Origin: a virus | DNA length: 64,000 nt | Strand: one strand, 5' to 3' | Virus record (IMG/VR): IMGVR_UViG_3300030450_002194 | Location: 7,006 to 71,005 of that record | Shown here: piece by piece, positions 46,229 to 56,465 of the stretch | Numbering within the stretch: the stretch's first letter is position 1 | Layout of the letters: each line of letters starts with the position of its first letter | The notes under the pieces: generated by a model | Told to the model about the DNA's origin: nothing | What the model saw: the letters and a program-made list of their open reading frames with translations, nothing else | Database searches by the model: none | Translations under genes and position numbers: made by a program

Positions 46229-48762
46229 GTAAAGCAATAGTTGCAGATTATATTGGTCTTCTTTGGAGAGAGTTCTCTTCAAAACATTCTAACAAAGATG
46301 TTGATTCTTTCCTAGATTCTATAGGAGAATTAGAATTTGATGAAGCGCATCTAGCCCCGTCACATATTGAAATGTTTAAAGAAGGAGAAAACAGGTCAAC
46401 ACTTCTTACAAACGTTAGAAATGACTTAAGAGAAAAAGACTTTTCTGAGAATTATATTTCAGAATATATTGACCAATTAGAAAAAGTCAGACCATCAGAT
46501 ATTTTGGTAAGAGTTATTACAAATGATATTTTAGAATATTTCCAGTATAATAATGAGAAGATAAAAATAAGTGACTTAAGAAGTTCTTTAGATAACCAAA
46601 ACCTTACCACTAATAATGTAGATGATTCTACTAAGGAAGCATTAAAAGAACAACTTAAATTTTATCTAAGACAAAATACCAAATATGAAAGTGGGCTTCA
46701 ATCTTTATTAGATGAATTAGAAGAAACGGCTCCGCGTGGGTTTAATAAAATAACAAGGAGAGTAAGTTCTATTACACATGTAGACCCTAGTAATGCAGAA
46801 GATAGACTGGAACTTTATGATTTCTATGAAGAAAGATTTCCTTTGTATCTAGAAATGAAAAATACTATTAGAGAAGTTTTAACTCTTTGGGATAGAGTAG
46901 AAGAAATGTTTGAAGGTGAGGGTGATAATAGAAAATCTACAGGTAAATTCCAAGCAAGAGAAGGTGAGGAAGAATATATTGAAGAGTTGGATAACGAATT
47001 AGAAGAACTAAAAGAAATTCATAATTTGATGGATGATAAATTAAATTATATTTTGAAAGTCCCTGCTATACCATTTAACGTTACTACTTCTAAAGATTCA
47101 AGTGTTAGTGAAAATGTAAGGGGCATGGTTTTAGAAAAGATAAAGGGTATTTTGGGTCATGATGCATCCGAGATTATACAAGAGATACAAGACGATGATG
47201 ATGAATTTACATATGGCGAAGATGAAATGCAAACTGTTGGCTATGATAATCCAGAAGAAGAAAGTCAACCTATGGCTGAAATAAACCTTGAAGAAAAGGA
47301 TGAAGTTCAAGAAGAAATGGATGACTTATTACAAGATATATCTAATATAAATATGATGCATGAAGTTGACCCGCTATATGTAATTGCATCAGAGGCTGGT
47401 ATTTTAAAGAGAAAGTATACTGTTGAATCTTGGGAGAAAACAAGACAAGAAATACTAAGTAGATTAACAGATGTTGAACAAAATAATCCTGGAGTTATTT
47501 CAATCTATAAACAAATTCTAGATGAGCATGAAGAATTTAAAGAGAAATCGTTTAAACCGTTTGAGGGAGAAGATTTTTATATTCCTGCTACAGAATCAAG
47601 CATTGCTGCTCTTATGAAGTATACTGATTTAGATGTTGATTTTGAAAAAATAGAAACCTTACACAATAGATTAGTTAAAATTATTATGAGATTATTAGAA
47701 TCAGACCTTGAACAATCTACTTATCCTATTCACATGGAATTAGAAGATATGGCTCCTGGAAAAGAAAAGACCACCAGTGGCGTGAAAGAGGAAAGGATTC
47801 CAAGAGATAAGGGACGAAAGCAACAGATGTTCCAGAATTTTAATTTATTCAGTAGAGTAAAGGTTGGTAAGAAGGGTAAGAGAAGAGAACCAGTACAATT
47901 TGGTAAATTTGCAGATAGTCTAATGGATTTATTTGAGATTGCAGATAGATATTATGGTGACCCAATTAGAGAGTTAATGTTACCATATAAGTCAATACCC
48001 AGTTATTTAGATGCAGACACATTAAGCGCATTAATTAATCATGGGCCTGAAAATGTTGGGCAATTAACTCTCGGTTTATATAGAGATTATTTTATAGCAT
48101 TTGTTACACCAAGAGATTTATCAAGGTTAACAGATTATTTAAAAGTTAGTAATGCTGCTAGAAAAAGCGTTGAGGATTTAGAACAAAAAGCAAATGGTGT
48201 TTTAGATGTTCTAGAAAACATTGTTCCTGCTAATAGAGAAAACGATATACTTTGGTTTGCTAATGAGTTTAAGAAACAAGCGAGAAGAGATAGTAGTTTT
48301 AGTGCAGAAGGAGTTAGACTTCAAAATAGAGATATATCTGAGATGGGTTTTGATAGGAAGAGAAATCGAACTGCTTACCATCAAGTGTTATGGTTAATTT
48401 ATAAATTTAAAGAACAATTCTTGAAAAATCCATATACAAAAACACAAATGAAAGAATTTGTTAAGGCATATACAAATCAATCTGATATGAAGTTGGCTTC
48501 ATATGCACAAACAAATATATTAGAATGCCATGATGATGTTAGAAAAATGTTAGGTAAGCCTATTTATTATAACACATGTAGGTTAGATAGTTTTGACCAC
48601 ATGAACGACACCATTGATATAATCAAGGAAAACTATAATATAGAGATGACTAGTTCGGATGTTGTAGGCATTGTGAATGAGTTTGACACTATGGAAACAT
48701 TGGCTAAAAAATATGGCACTAGGCCAGATGTGATATATCATATTAAGGCTTTATACCGGTGA
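46225..48762 (+). CDS. large acidic helical protein
   Basis: 845 aa ORF; C-terminal HTH-like LAKKYGT. Confidence 0.7.
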   Translation: MSKAIVADYIGLLWREFSSKHSNKDVDSFLDSIGELEFDEAHLAPSHIEMFKEGENRSTLLTNVRNDLREKDFSENYISEYIDQLEKVRPSDILVRVITNDILEYFQYNNEKIKISDLRSSLDNQNLTTNNVDDSTKEALKEQLKFYLRQNTKYESGLQSLLDELEETAPRGFNKITRRVSSITHVDPSNAEDRLELYDFYEERFPLYLEMKNTIREVLTLWDRVEEMFEGEGDNRKSTGKFQAREGEEEYIEELDNELEELKEIHNLMDDKLNYILKVPAIPFNVTTSKDSSVSENVRGMVLEKIKGILGHDASEIIQEIQDDDDEFTYGEDEMQTVGYDNPEEESQPMAEINLEEKDEVQEEMDDLLQDISNINMMHEVDPLYVIASEAGILKRKYTVESWEKTRQEILSRLTDVEQNNPGVISIYKQILDEHEEFKEKSFKPFEGEDFYIPATESSIAALMKYTDLDVDFEKIETLHNRLVKIIMRLLESDLEQSTYPIHMELEDMAPGKEKTTSGVKEERIPRDKGRKQQMFQNFNLFSRVKVGKKGKRREPVQFGKFADSLMDLFEIADRYYGDPIRELMLPYKSIPSYLDADTLSALINHGPENVGQLTLGLYRDYFIAFVTPRDLSRLTDYLKVSNAARKSVEDLEQKANGVLDVLENIVPANRENDILWFANEFKKQARRDSSFSAEGVRLQNRDISEMGFDRKRNRTAYHQVLWLIYKFKEQFLKNPYTKTQMKEFVKAYTNQSDMKLASYAQTNILECHDDVRKMLGKPIYYNTCRLDSFDHMNDTIDIIKENYNIEMTSSDVVGIVNEFDTMETLAKKYGTRPDVIYHIKALYR

Positions 48763-49124
48763 TTAAGATGTTAAAGGAAGATAAAGAATATAATGCCTTG
48801 GCTATTAAAGTAGCAACTAGAATGGCACGAATGCACATGATGCACGAAGCACAGACCCTTTGGGAAGACGTAATAGGAATTGCTATTACAATGGGGAAAG
48901 CCATAGGTATTGAGAATGAACACATTAGACAGTCTTTAGAAGAAACGTTTGATTCAAGACATGATGACCATTCTAACTATCTTGCTGACGATGATGAGTT
49001 TATGACAATCTTAGTAGATGAATTTGGATTAGCCCTATCTTATATTGATTTTGAGGCAGTTCAAACAGAGGGAAAACATCAGTGGATGATGTTAGTAGAT
49101 GATATGATGGAAGCCTTACTATGA
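48759..49124 (+). CDS. hypothetical protein
   Basis: 121 aa coupled ORF. Confidence 0.6.
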   Translation: MIKMLKEDKEYNALAIKVATRMARMHMMHEAQTLWEDVIGIAITMGKAIGIENEHIRQSLEETFDSRHDDHSNYLADDDEFMTILVDEFGLALSYIDFEAVQTEGKHQWMMLVDDMMEALL

Positions 49125-49309
49125 GGTGGACTGATGTTATTAATAATACAATGAATAGGAGTCAACATCAGGGAGATAATTTAGACGCAGGCTGGAATAT
49201 AGATGGTAATATTAAGTGTGATTTATGTTGGCGGCCAGCAGTAATAGATTGTATCAAATGTAATTATAGATTATGTAATGTTCATGTAACAAGGGGTTGT
49301 AAAAGATGA
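49121..49309 (+). CDS. B-box-like Zn-finger peptide
   Basis: MRWTDVI; CDLC...CIKC...CNVH. Confidence 0.6.
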   Translation: MRWTDVINNTMNRSQHQGDNLDAGWNIDGNIKCDLCWRPAVIDCIKCNYRLCNVHVTRGCKR

Positions 49310-49575
49310 ATTGGTTTGATATAATAAAAATAGTAAGGCGTCCTAGAGTTCCTTCCTATAAACCAGCATACGTACCTCCTTCACAAGAAGAAGTAATGGA
49401 TGAAGAAAAACATAAAACTTTAGGTGATTATGAATTACCTGAAACAGAAAAAGAATGGGATTCATTAGAAAATAGAATAACTAGAAGTACATGGTTTAGA
49501 CAGACTGATAAACAAAAAAAGAAAATGATTGATTTCTTTAAGAGAAAAATATTGAGAAGGCCGCGAGATAGATGA
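49306..49575 (+). CDS. tagged hypothetical protein
   Basis: MNWFDIIKI. Confidence 0.65.
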   Translation: MNWFDIIKIVRRPRVPSYKPAYVPPSQEEVMDEEKHKTLGDYELPETEKEWDSLENRITRSTWFRQTDKQKKKMIDFFKRKILRRPRDR

Positions 49576-49576
49576 T

Positions 49577-50335
49577 ATGGTTAAGAAGCCCCGTTCTAGA
49601 GATGACCATAGAGGTTGGTTTAGCATCTTACGGAGAGGAAAAAAATCATTTATAGAAGCATTACATAACCAAGAAAAAGAAAGAAATCCTTTAGAAACTG
49701 ATAATGAAGATAGGTGTAATATGATAGCCTGGGAAGCAATGCAATCATATATTGGCTCAGACCAATTTGAAATGCTCTATAATAGAGACTTTAATACATA
49801 TGATAGAGATAAATTTTATCAAGGAGTAACTACATCAGGGCATCGTATTCCTAGTGAGATGGTAAAAATATTATTATGGTTTAGGAATCAATTACCTCAA
49901 ACTAATTTTGAAGATGATTGGAAGATGGCAGAAACTCAACTGTTCGGTTCAGACCATACAACGAACACCACAAAACTATTATTTTGTTTCCAGAAGATGG
50001 AAGAAATTTGGAATGATTTAGAATTTCAAAACAATTATTTTGCTGAATTGAAAGGTTGGTTAACAAGATGTAAAGGTGAAGGGCCGCTACATTCGGGGCC
50101 AGATGTAATAAATCCTAGACATAATAAATGGTATACTTTAAATAAAAATAGAGCAACTACCCAAAAAAAGGAACCCGAAAAAACTACAGACCAGAAAGAT
50201 AGAAAAGGGAAACCCGCTAAAACCTGGGACGAATATAACAAATTGTTAGATGAACTTTTAAGTGAACAAAGGAAAACACTAGAAGACGCATTTAAAGACT
50301 CTTTCTATCGAAACCCTGGTTCTATGAATAAATAG
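49577..50335 (+). CDS. hypothetical protein
   Basis: GWFSILRR tag variant. Confidence 0.65.
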   Translation: MVKKPRSRDDHRGWFSILRRGKKSFIEALHNQEKERNPLETDNEDRCNMIAWEAMQSYIGSDQFEMLYNRDFNTYDRDKFYQGVTTSGHRIPSEMVKILLWFRNQLPQTNFEDDWKMAETQLFGSDHTTNTTKLLFCFQKMEEIWNDLEFQNNYFAELKGWLTRCKGEGPLHSGPDVINPRHNKWYTLNKNRATTQKKEPEKTTDQKDRKGKPAKTWDEYNKLLDELLSEQRKTLEDAFKDSFYRNPGSMNK

Positions 50336-50605
50336 GTGTTATTATTGTATTGGGAGGATATATTAAAAAGGGATGCCGATAAAATAATAAAGGGTTTAGT
50401 TTGGGATTATTATAAGAAAAGAAATTTAGATGGGATAATTAAAAAAGTTTATGTTAATCGTAGAGAGGTTCCAAAGACAATTTATATAGAAGCAAGGGTA
50501 ACCAAAAAGGAGGAGAACATGGCACAATTGATTGGAAGAAGAGGAATACATCCTAATAGAATCAATAAACTATTCTTTTCAAAATGGGAGGTTAAAATTA
50601 TATGA
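50336..50605 (+). CDS. tagged KH-domain-like protein
   Basis: YWEDILKR; MAQLIGRRGIHPNRI (GxxG loop). Confidence 0.55.
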   Translation: MLLLYWEDILKRDADKIIKGLVWDYYKKRNLDGIIKKVYVNRREVPKTIYIEARVTKKEENMAQLIGRRGIHPNRINKLFFSKWEVKII

Positions 50606-51411
50606 TGAGTTGGTTTGAAGTATTGAAGGACTTTAAAACAGATTGGAAAGACCCCGAGACTGGTAAATCAAACCCTAATGTATTAGGTGTCTATGACCCA
50701 GATGAACAAAGCGTTCATATTAATTTAGGTGCAAATGCACTTAAAAATGTATCAGAAGAAGAGGCGATAACTCTTATTACTGATACATTAACCCATGAAT
50801 ATACACATATGGGTTTTAATCAAATTGCCGGTACTGTTGAGAAATATTATGAAGAATTAATTATGCTTCTAAATAAGTTTCATGGTGATGTATTAGACGC
50901 ACAAAAGGCATTGCCCTTACCAGAAGAAGAAATAATAGACATAGTTCAAAAAATAGTTGGGCATAAATTAGTTGATGAATTAAATGCGACACGTTCTAAT
51001 TTAAAGGATGGCCCATCAAGAGTATTAATAGAAGGCTATCATAAAGATTCTAGTAGAAAATTTGGTATTTTGCTAAAGAAATATATAAATTCTATGAAAA
51101 CAAAAACAACTGAACTTGCATCAAAACTTAGTAACGAACTTTCTGGTTCTGTGAATGAACAAAGAGGGCTTCGTGCATATTTAGATTTTGTAAAGAATTT
51201 GTCATTGGGAACATTAGAATTTTTAGACACAAAAATAGAAGGTATAATTAAATTATATGAACTGTATTATAAAAATGTTATTGCTAAATTGTCATCACAG
51301 GAATTAAAAAACAACCCTGATTTAACCAATCAATATGTAAGAACGATGAGACGAATTGCAAAGGATGGCAATTGGCATTTATTAGAAGAATTTTGGGACA
51401 AGGAGGTATGA
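50602..51411 (+). CDS. tagged zincin-like metallopeptidase
   Basis: MSWFEVLKD; GVYDP...IN...LTHEYTH. Confidence 0.7.
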   Translation: MMSWFEVLKDFKTDWKDPETGKSNPNVLGVYDPDEQSVHINLGANALKNVSEEEAITLITDTLTHEYTHMGFNQIAGTVEKYYEELIMLLNKFHGDVLDAQKALPLPEEEIIDIVQKIVGHKLVDELNATRSNLKDGPSRVLIEGYHKDSSRKFGILLKKYINSMKTKTTELASKLSNELSGSVNEQRGLRAYLDFVKNLSLGTLEFLDTKIEGIIKLYELYYKNVIAKLSSQELKNNPDLTNQYVRTMRRIAKDGNWHLLEEFWDKEV

Positions 51412-51413
51412 GA

Positions 51414-52061
51414 ATGAATTGGAAGAATATTTTAAAGAGTGACCCTTGTACAGCAGAAACTAAAGAAATGCTCTATAATACATTAAAAAAATTAGGTGCA
51501 AACAATGAGTTATTAGATGAAATTAAAAATACTCAAATAGATGATTTAAGGGATATGATAGAAGAGTTAATTAGAACTACTCAACACCCAACACAAGCCA
51601 AAATATTTAAACAGATATTAAGAAATTGGGATATGTGTATAATTGAAGCACAAAGAAGCCCAGTACAACAAGCAAACATGGGAGGTAGTAACAAGGATTT
51701 CCCCCAAGGTTTTGATACAAAGAATGCTATGGATTTATTAAAATTTAGTCCCGATTCACATTCTGGGCCAATGGTTCTACCCCACTTTTTAACAGAAGTA
51801 TTTGATATTCCTTTAAAATATGCTAGACAAAAAGTGGAAGAAATACCACATGATATTAGAACAGCATTAACTACATTTTTAGGCCATCAGGATGGTGTTA
51901 TAAATATGTTAACTGAAGAAGAATTTCAGTCAGTAGCAACACATATAACTCAACCTTATAATCGAAAGGGGATATACCCAGGTATAGTACCGGGATTATA
52001 TAAATTACTTGAAATTCTTAAGAAACACGTTCATAGAAGAGATACGGAACAAGAGGAATAA
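51414..52061 (+). CDS. tagged hypothetical protein
   Basis: MNWKNILKS; DPC...WDMC. Confidence 0.7.
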   Translation: MNWKNILKSDPCTAETKEMLYNTLKKLGANNELLDEIKNTQIDDLRDMIEELIRTTQHPTQAKIFKQILRNWDMCIIEAQRSPVQQANMGGSNKDFPQGFDTKNAMDLLKFSPDSHSGPMVLPHFLTEVFDIPLKYARQKVEEIPHDIRTALTTFLGHQDGVINMLTEEEFQSVATHITQPYNRKGIYPGIVPGLYKLLEILKKHVHRRDTEQEE

Positions 52062-52063
52062 AA

Positions 52064-53500
52064 ATGGAATTAGAAGAATTAGACTTTACTCATCGTATGG
52101 ATATGGAGTTATCTAAACACTCGTTTCCATATTTCTTCCAGAATGTATTAGGAATGATGTATCCAGAATACATGGAAGAGTGGTTAGGTTTAATGGAAAG
52201 TACAGATAGAACAGTTATTATATGTTCAAGAGACCACGGGAAATCTGTATTTATGCATTCTTGGGTTGTATGGAATTTATTATTCCAAGAACCCCCATTT
52301 CAGATGCTATATATTTCATCTAACCAAAAGCAGACAATGGTTCACATGAGAGAGATTGATAGATATTTCAATCTACCAGCACTTAAACAATTTAAACCTA
52401 GTCGTGGATGGGCTATTGGAAATATTACATTAACCAATGGAAATTCTGTTCTTGAAAGGTCGGTAGGTTCTCAGATTCGTGGTCTTCACCCGCAAGAAAT
52501 TATTATTGATGACCCTTTGAAGGAATTTAGTATTGCGGGTATTAGTAGAGTCACTGATTGGTTCTTTGGAGACATGATTCCTACACTTCACCATACAGCA
52601 AACTTAAGAATGATTGGTACTCCTTTTACTTATACTGATATTTTCTCACAGTTAGAAGAAAATCCTGCATATACAGTTAGAAAATATCCTTGTTTTAATT
52701 CATTAGAAGAACCGCTTTGGCCTGCTAGATGGGATTATGATGCTTTGGTACAAAGAAAGGCAGAAATTGGTTCATTAAAGTTTACAAGAGAATATTTATG
52801 TATACCTGTTTCAACTGGAACCGCGCTGTTTGGTATGGAACACTTAGAAAAGGCAAAAAATAAGGATTTTGTCTTAAAATTAGGACAAAGAAAAGATAAA
52901 GGTTACAAATATTATGTCGGTGTTGACCCTGCTATCTCTACAGATGGAGATTATAACGTAATTATGGTTTTAGAAGTAGATGATGAAATGAATAAGACGA
53001 TTGTTCATGTAGACAGGTCTAAAAATGTTAAATTTAGAGAAAATATTGAGAAATTACGTTTAATTGGTGGTGTGTTTAAACCTGATAACATTCTTTATGA
53101 AACAAATACCTTCGCTAAGGCATTTACACAGGAATTAAGGGCGGTTTCTGACCTAAATGTTAGAGATTTCGATACTACGCGCCGTAAGAAGCAAGAAATC
53201 ATCTTAAACTTACAAATGAACTTTGAAAATGGTAAAATTAACCTACCTTATGGTGATAATAACAGTAGGAAAATGACTTCTATGCTAATAGAGGAATTAT
53301 CCATGTTCTCTATCACCGATTCTGGTAAGTTTGAAGGAGTAGGCGCACACGATGACTTGGTTATGGCTCTTGCATTAGCAAATGCGGCCTCACAGACGGC
53401 GACAGAAGCCTTCATACTCCTTGACGACATGGAAATCTTCGGAGGGCCGGAGAAGCCGTTAATAGGGCAGAAATCGAGCCTTATAGGATTAAATTTTTAG
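52064..53500 (+). CDS. terL: terminase large subunit
   Basis: SRDHGKS, IRGLH, IIIDD, IGTP, GVDPA, HDDLVMALALA. Confidence 0.93.
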   Translation: MELEELDFTHRMDMELSKHSFPYFFQNVLGMMYPEYMEEWLGLMESTDRTVIICSRDHGKSVFMHSWVVWNLLFQEPPFQMLYISSNQKQTMVHMREIDRYFNLPALKQFKPSRGWAIGNITLTNGNSVLERSVGSQIRGLHPQEIIIDDPLKEFSIAGISRVTDWFFGDMIPTLHHTANLRMIGTPFTYTDIFSQLEENPAYTVRKYPCFNSLEEPLWPARWDYDALVQRKAEIGSLKFTREYLCIPVSTGTALFGMEHLEKAKNKDFVLKLGQRKDKGYKYYVGVDPAISTDGDYNVIMVLEVDDEMNKTIVHVDRSKNVKFRENIEKLRLIGGVFKPDNILYETNTFAKAFTQELRAVSDLNVRDFDTTRRKKQEIILNLQMNFENGKINLPYGDNNSRKMTSMLIEELSMFSITDSGKFEGVGAHDDLVMALALANAASQTATEAFILLDDMEIFGGPEKPLIGQKSSLIGLNF

Positions 53501-53505
53501 GACAG

Positions 53506-54816
53506 GTGGGTATTATGGGTGAAAAGGGAGATAAGTACCGTCAACTAGGCGATGAGGAAGATAAAATTGATGAGATTAAGGATAATATTAATCGAATACA
53601 AGATGATATGAAAAATGCATGGCTAGAACAGCAGCCTATCCGTGACCACGATGATGTAGTCAAGGATTATGCTAATATCTCTAATATGAACCTTACAGAC
53701 GCTAAGGCATCTTTATTCCACTACCCTAAAAAGTATGAAATTGAAGGTAAAGACATTCCTACGCTAATTAAGAACATGCGGTCTTATAGGCGCACCTTAA
53801 AAGGAGAAACTAAAATCGCATTTACTAATTCGATAGATGAATTGATTAAAGGATATTCTGAGTATCTTGAGAAGTGTATAGATAGTATATATTGGATAAA
53901 GAAGTATAAATACCCACTTAAGCAAATGAATTATAATGAAGATAAGTTAAGTAAGTTAAATTCAATAACTACCGCCGAAGAAAAAAGAGCCTTCATAGAT
54001 GTGCTTTGTAAGTATTGGGAGGCAGAACAAGACATTCAAGATTTACCCTATGGTAAAGAATTTTCAAGACTAACTAAAGAGATGAAGGCACATAAAAAGC
54101 AATTCACACAATTACTGAAACAAACACCTATAAGTACCTCGCCAAAGGACACAATAAGGAAAGCCATTCTAGATTCTGTTTGTGAAACTCCAGGCATCTC
54201 TTCTAGGGAAATACACGATTCATTACCTAAGAAACTACATGATAGAAGTTCTCCTCAAATTATAGCAAAACTTGCAAAGGACGAAAATATAACTAATATT
54301 GACGGTGCATACTATAAAATCAATGATGACATTAAAAAGAATATTTGGGCTTATACCGCAGCATTTATTGATTCAGACGGATATATTACAATGGATAAAA
54401 ATCATAACCCAAGAGTAGGATTAGTAGCAACAGGCAACAGAGGAAAGGCCTTTATGTTAGAAATGCATAAATCGCTTGGAATGGGAAGACTACATTTAGA
54501 CCAGAAATCACCGCAAGATACTAGACTCATTAATAGATTAAACTTTTATTCCGGTGGAGATATTAAGAAATTATTAACAAAATGCTTACCACATTTTAAA
54601 CTTAAGAAAAACAATGCTAATGTGTTATTAGAACTTATTAAGATTAAGAAAAATGATAAGAAGAAAGATTGGTATAAAGATAGAAAAGGGGAACTATTTA
54701 AGTTAATGAAATATTATAATCATAGTGACAATGCAAAGTTTGATTGGAAAGCATGGGATATTGATATTGATGGTATCACAAAACTAGAAGAAAATAGTAA
54801 AATGGATGTGCTATGA
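53506..54816 (+). CDS. helical domain fused to C-terminal LAGLIDADG domain
   Basis: WAYTAAFIDSDGYI...LPHFKLKK. Confidence 0.75.
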   Translation: MGIMGEKGDKYRQLGDEEDKIDEIKDNINRIQDDMKNAWLEQQPIRDHDDVVKDYANISNMNLTDAKASLFHYPKKYEIEGKDIPTLIKNMRSYRRTLKGETKIAFTNSIDELIKGYSEYLEKCIDSIYWIKKYKYPLKQMNYNEDKLSKLNSITTAEEKRAFIDVLCKYWEAEQDIQDLPYGKEFSRLTKEMKAHKKQFTQLLKQTPISTSPKDTIRKAILDSVCETPGISSREIHDSLPKKLHDRSSPQIIAKLAKDENITNIDGAYYKINDDIKKNIWAYTAAFIDSDGYITMDKNHNPRVGLVATGNRGKAFMLEMHKSLGMGRLHLDQKSPQDTRLINRLNFYSGGDIKKLLTKCLPHFKLKKNNANVLLELIKIKKNDKKKDWYKDRKGELFKLMKYYNHSDNAKFDWKAWDIDIDGITKLEENSKMDVL

Positions 54817-56465
54817 TGGTAGAAGAAAAAAGAAGATTTAGTATGAGAAATTTCTTTAGAAGGAGAACTCCAACTCCCAAAGACCCTAAGATATTTAATC
54901 CAGGGATACAAGAAAAAGCAACAGATTACATGATAACATCTCCTGTGTTATATCATGTAGCCCAACAATCTGTTATAGTTAGAACCTGTACCACTCAATT
55001 AAAGAATGAAATATTTAGAAGAGGGTATCTTTGGAAAGAATCATTCGCATATAAGTGTAGAGATTGTGGTCATCTCCATGATGAACCAGTTGAGGTTTGT
55101 AGTGAGTGTAAATCAGTTAGTTTGGCTAAACCAGATAAAGACCAATTAAAATATGCTAAGAAGTTTTTAGATGGTTATGTTAATAATTCTGACCAATTAT
55201 TTATAGACATTCTAAAAGAATTAGAAGACGATTTAAATATTATGGATGATGCATATATTATTCTAAAAAAGGAATATTATCTTGATGGTAACGGAGAAAT
55301 TAAGATGCATAAAATAAAAGAAATATTTAGGGGTGACCCTGTTACTATGGCTATCTATACTGATGAAGATGGAGAAAAAGGAAATATAGGATTCACTTGT
55401 TTAAATCATAGAGACCAATTACATGAAGACCCGTACCAAACATGTGATGAGTGCGGTGCTGCTACTTTCCCTGTTTATTTTATCAATAGATGTAATGGCG
55501 AAGAACAATACTATATTAAGGGAGAAGTTTTACACTTTAGTAAATATAATCCAAGCAGGCTTTATGGTTTATCTCCTGTGTTAACATTATGGAATCATAT
55601 TACTACTTTACTTGCTATGGAAAACTATGTTAATTCATCATACTCAAAGGCTAGGATGCCAAGAGGATTACTTGCGGTGCAAACTAGAAATATTGACTCA
55701 ATGAAATCTTTCTGGCGTGGCGTTAAAGAGAAGATGGAACAAGACCCACATTTTATTCCTGTAATGGGTATAGAAGCAGAAAATGGTAAGGGTTCTATTG
55801 AATGGATTAAGTTTATGGATAGTCTTAAGGAAATGGATTATATTTCTGTTAAAGACGATTTAAGAGATAGAATTTCTGGGTTCTATGGAGTGAGTAAAGT
55901 ATTTATGTCAGATAACTCTGCAAGCGGTGGATTAAACAATGAAGGTATGCAGATACTTGTAACCAACCGAGCAGTAGAAATGGCACAGACTATTTGGAAT
56001 AATTATGTTTTCCCTTTCATCATTAAACAGTTTGGTATTTCAGATTGGGAATTAGTATTACCACCTTCAGAAGAAGAAGATGAAATTGCTAAATTAAGAA
56101 AGCGAGAGATAGAAGTTAACGTTGCCGCAGCAATAAAGAATCTAGGCTTTGAGGTAACAATGGACGATAAGGGGCGATTTAAGTATTCTAAAGAACAACC
56201 ACAACAAAAGGGTGGTAAAGGCGAAGGGGGAGGAGATGTTGAATTAGACCCCTATGCTGGAACAAATATAGACCAATCACAATTAGGACAAATGATGGAA
56301 CAAGGTAATAGACCTACCAAAGAAGAAGCGGGCGCACCAGCCTCAGTAAAAGGTAATAGAAATAAACCATCAAAGAGTGTTGGCCCAGATAAAAGATTTG
56401 CAGGATTACCTCAAGATGCTGGTAATCAAAACGTAGATAAAAGAACGGAGAGAAGAACACCATGA
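54813..56465 (+). CDS. portal protein
   Basis: EVLHF...YGLSPV...PRGLL...EMDY...ISGFYGVS; follows terL. Confidence 0.88.
   Translation: MMVEEKRRFSMRNFFRRRTPTPKDPKIFNPGIQEKATDYMITSPVLYHVAQQSVIVRTCTTQLKNEIFRRGYLWKESFAYKCRDCGHLHDEPVEVCSECKSVSLAKPDKDQLKYAKKFLDGYVNNSDQLFIDILKELEDDLNIMDDAYIILKKEYYLDGNGEIKMHKIKEIFRGDPVTMAIYTDEDGEKGNIGFTCLNHRDQLHEDPYQTCDECGAATFPVYFINRCNGEEQYYIKGEVLHFSKYNPSRLYGLSPVLTLWNHITTLLAMENYVNSSYSKARMPRGLLAVQTRNIDSMKSFWRGVKEKMEQDPHFIPVMGIEAENGKGSIEWIKFMDSLKEMDYISVKDDLRDRISGFYGVSKVFMSDNSASGGLNNEGMQILVTNRAVEMAQTIWNNYVFPFIIKQFGISDWELVLPPSEEEDEIAKLRKREIEVNVAAAIKNLGFEVTMDDKGRFKYSKEQPQQKGGKGEGGGDVELDPYAGTNIDQSQLGQMMEQGNRPTKEEAGAPASVKGNRNKPSKSVGPDKRFAGLPQDAGNQNVDKRTERRTP

Noticed and set aside
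53506-54816. Intein or intron interrupting terminase or portal
   Set aside because: terL and portal both appear complete with their own starts and stops; no C/S...HN-C/S/T splice motifs seen.
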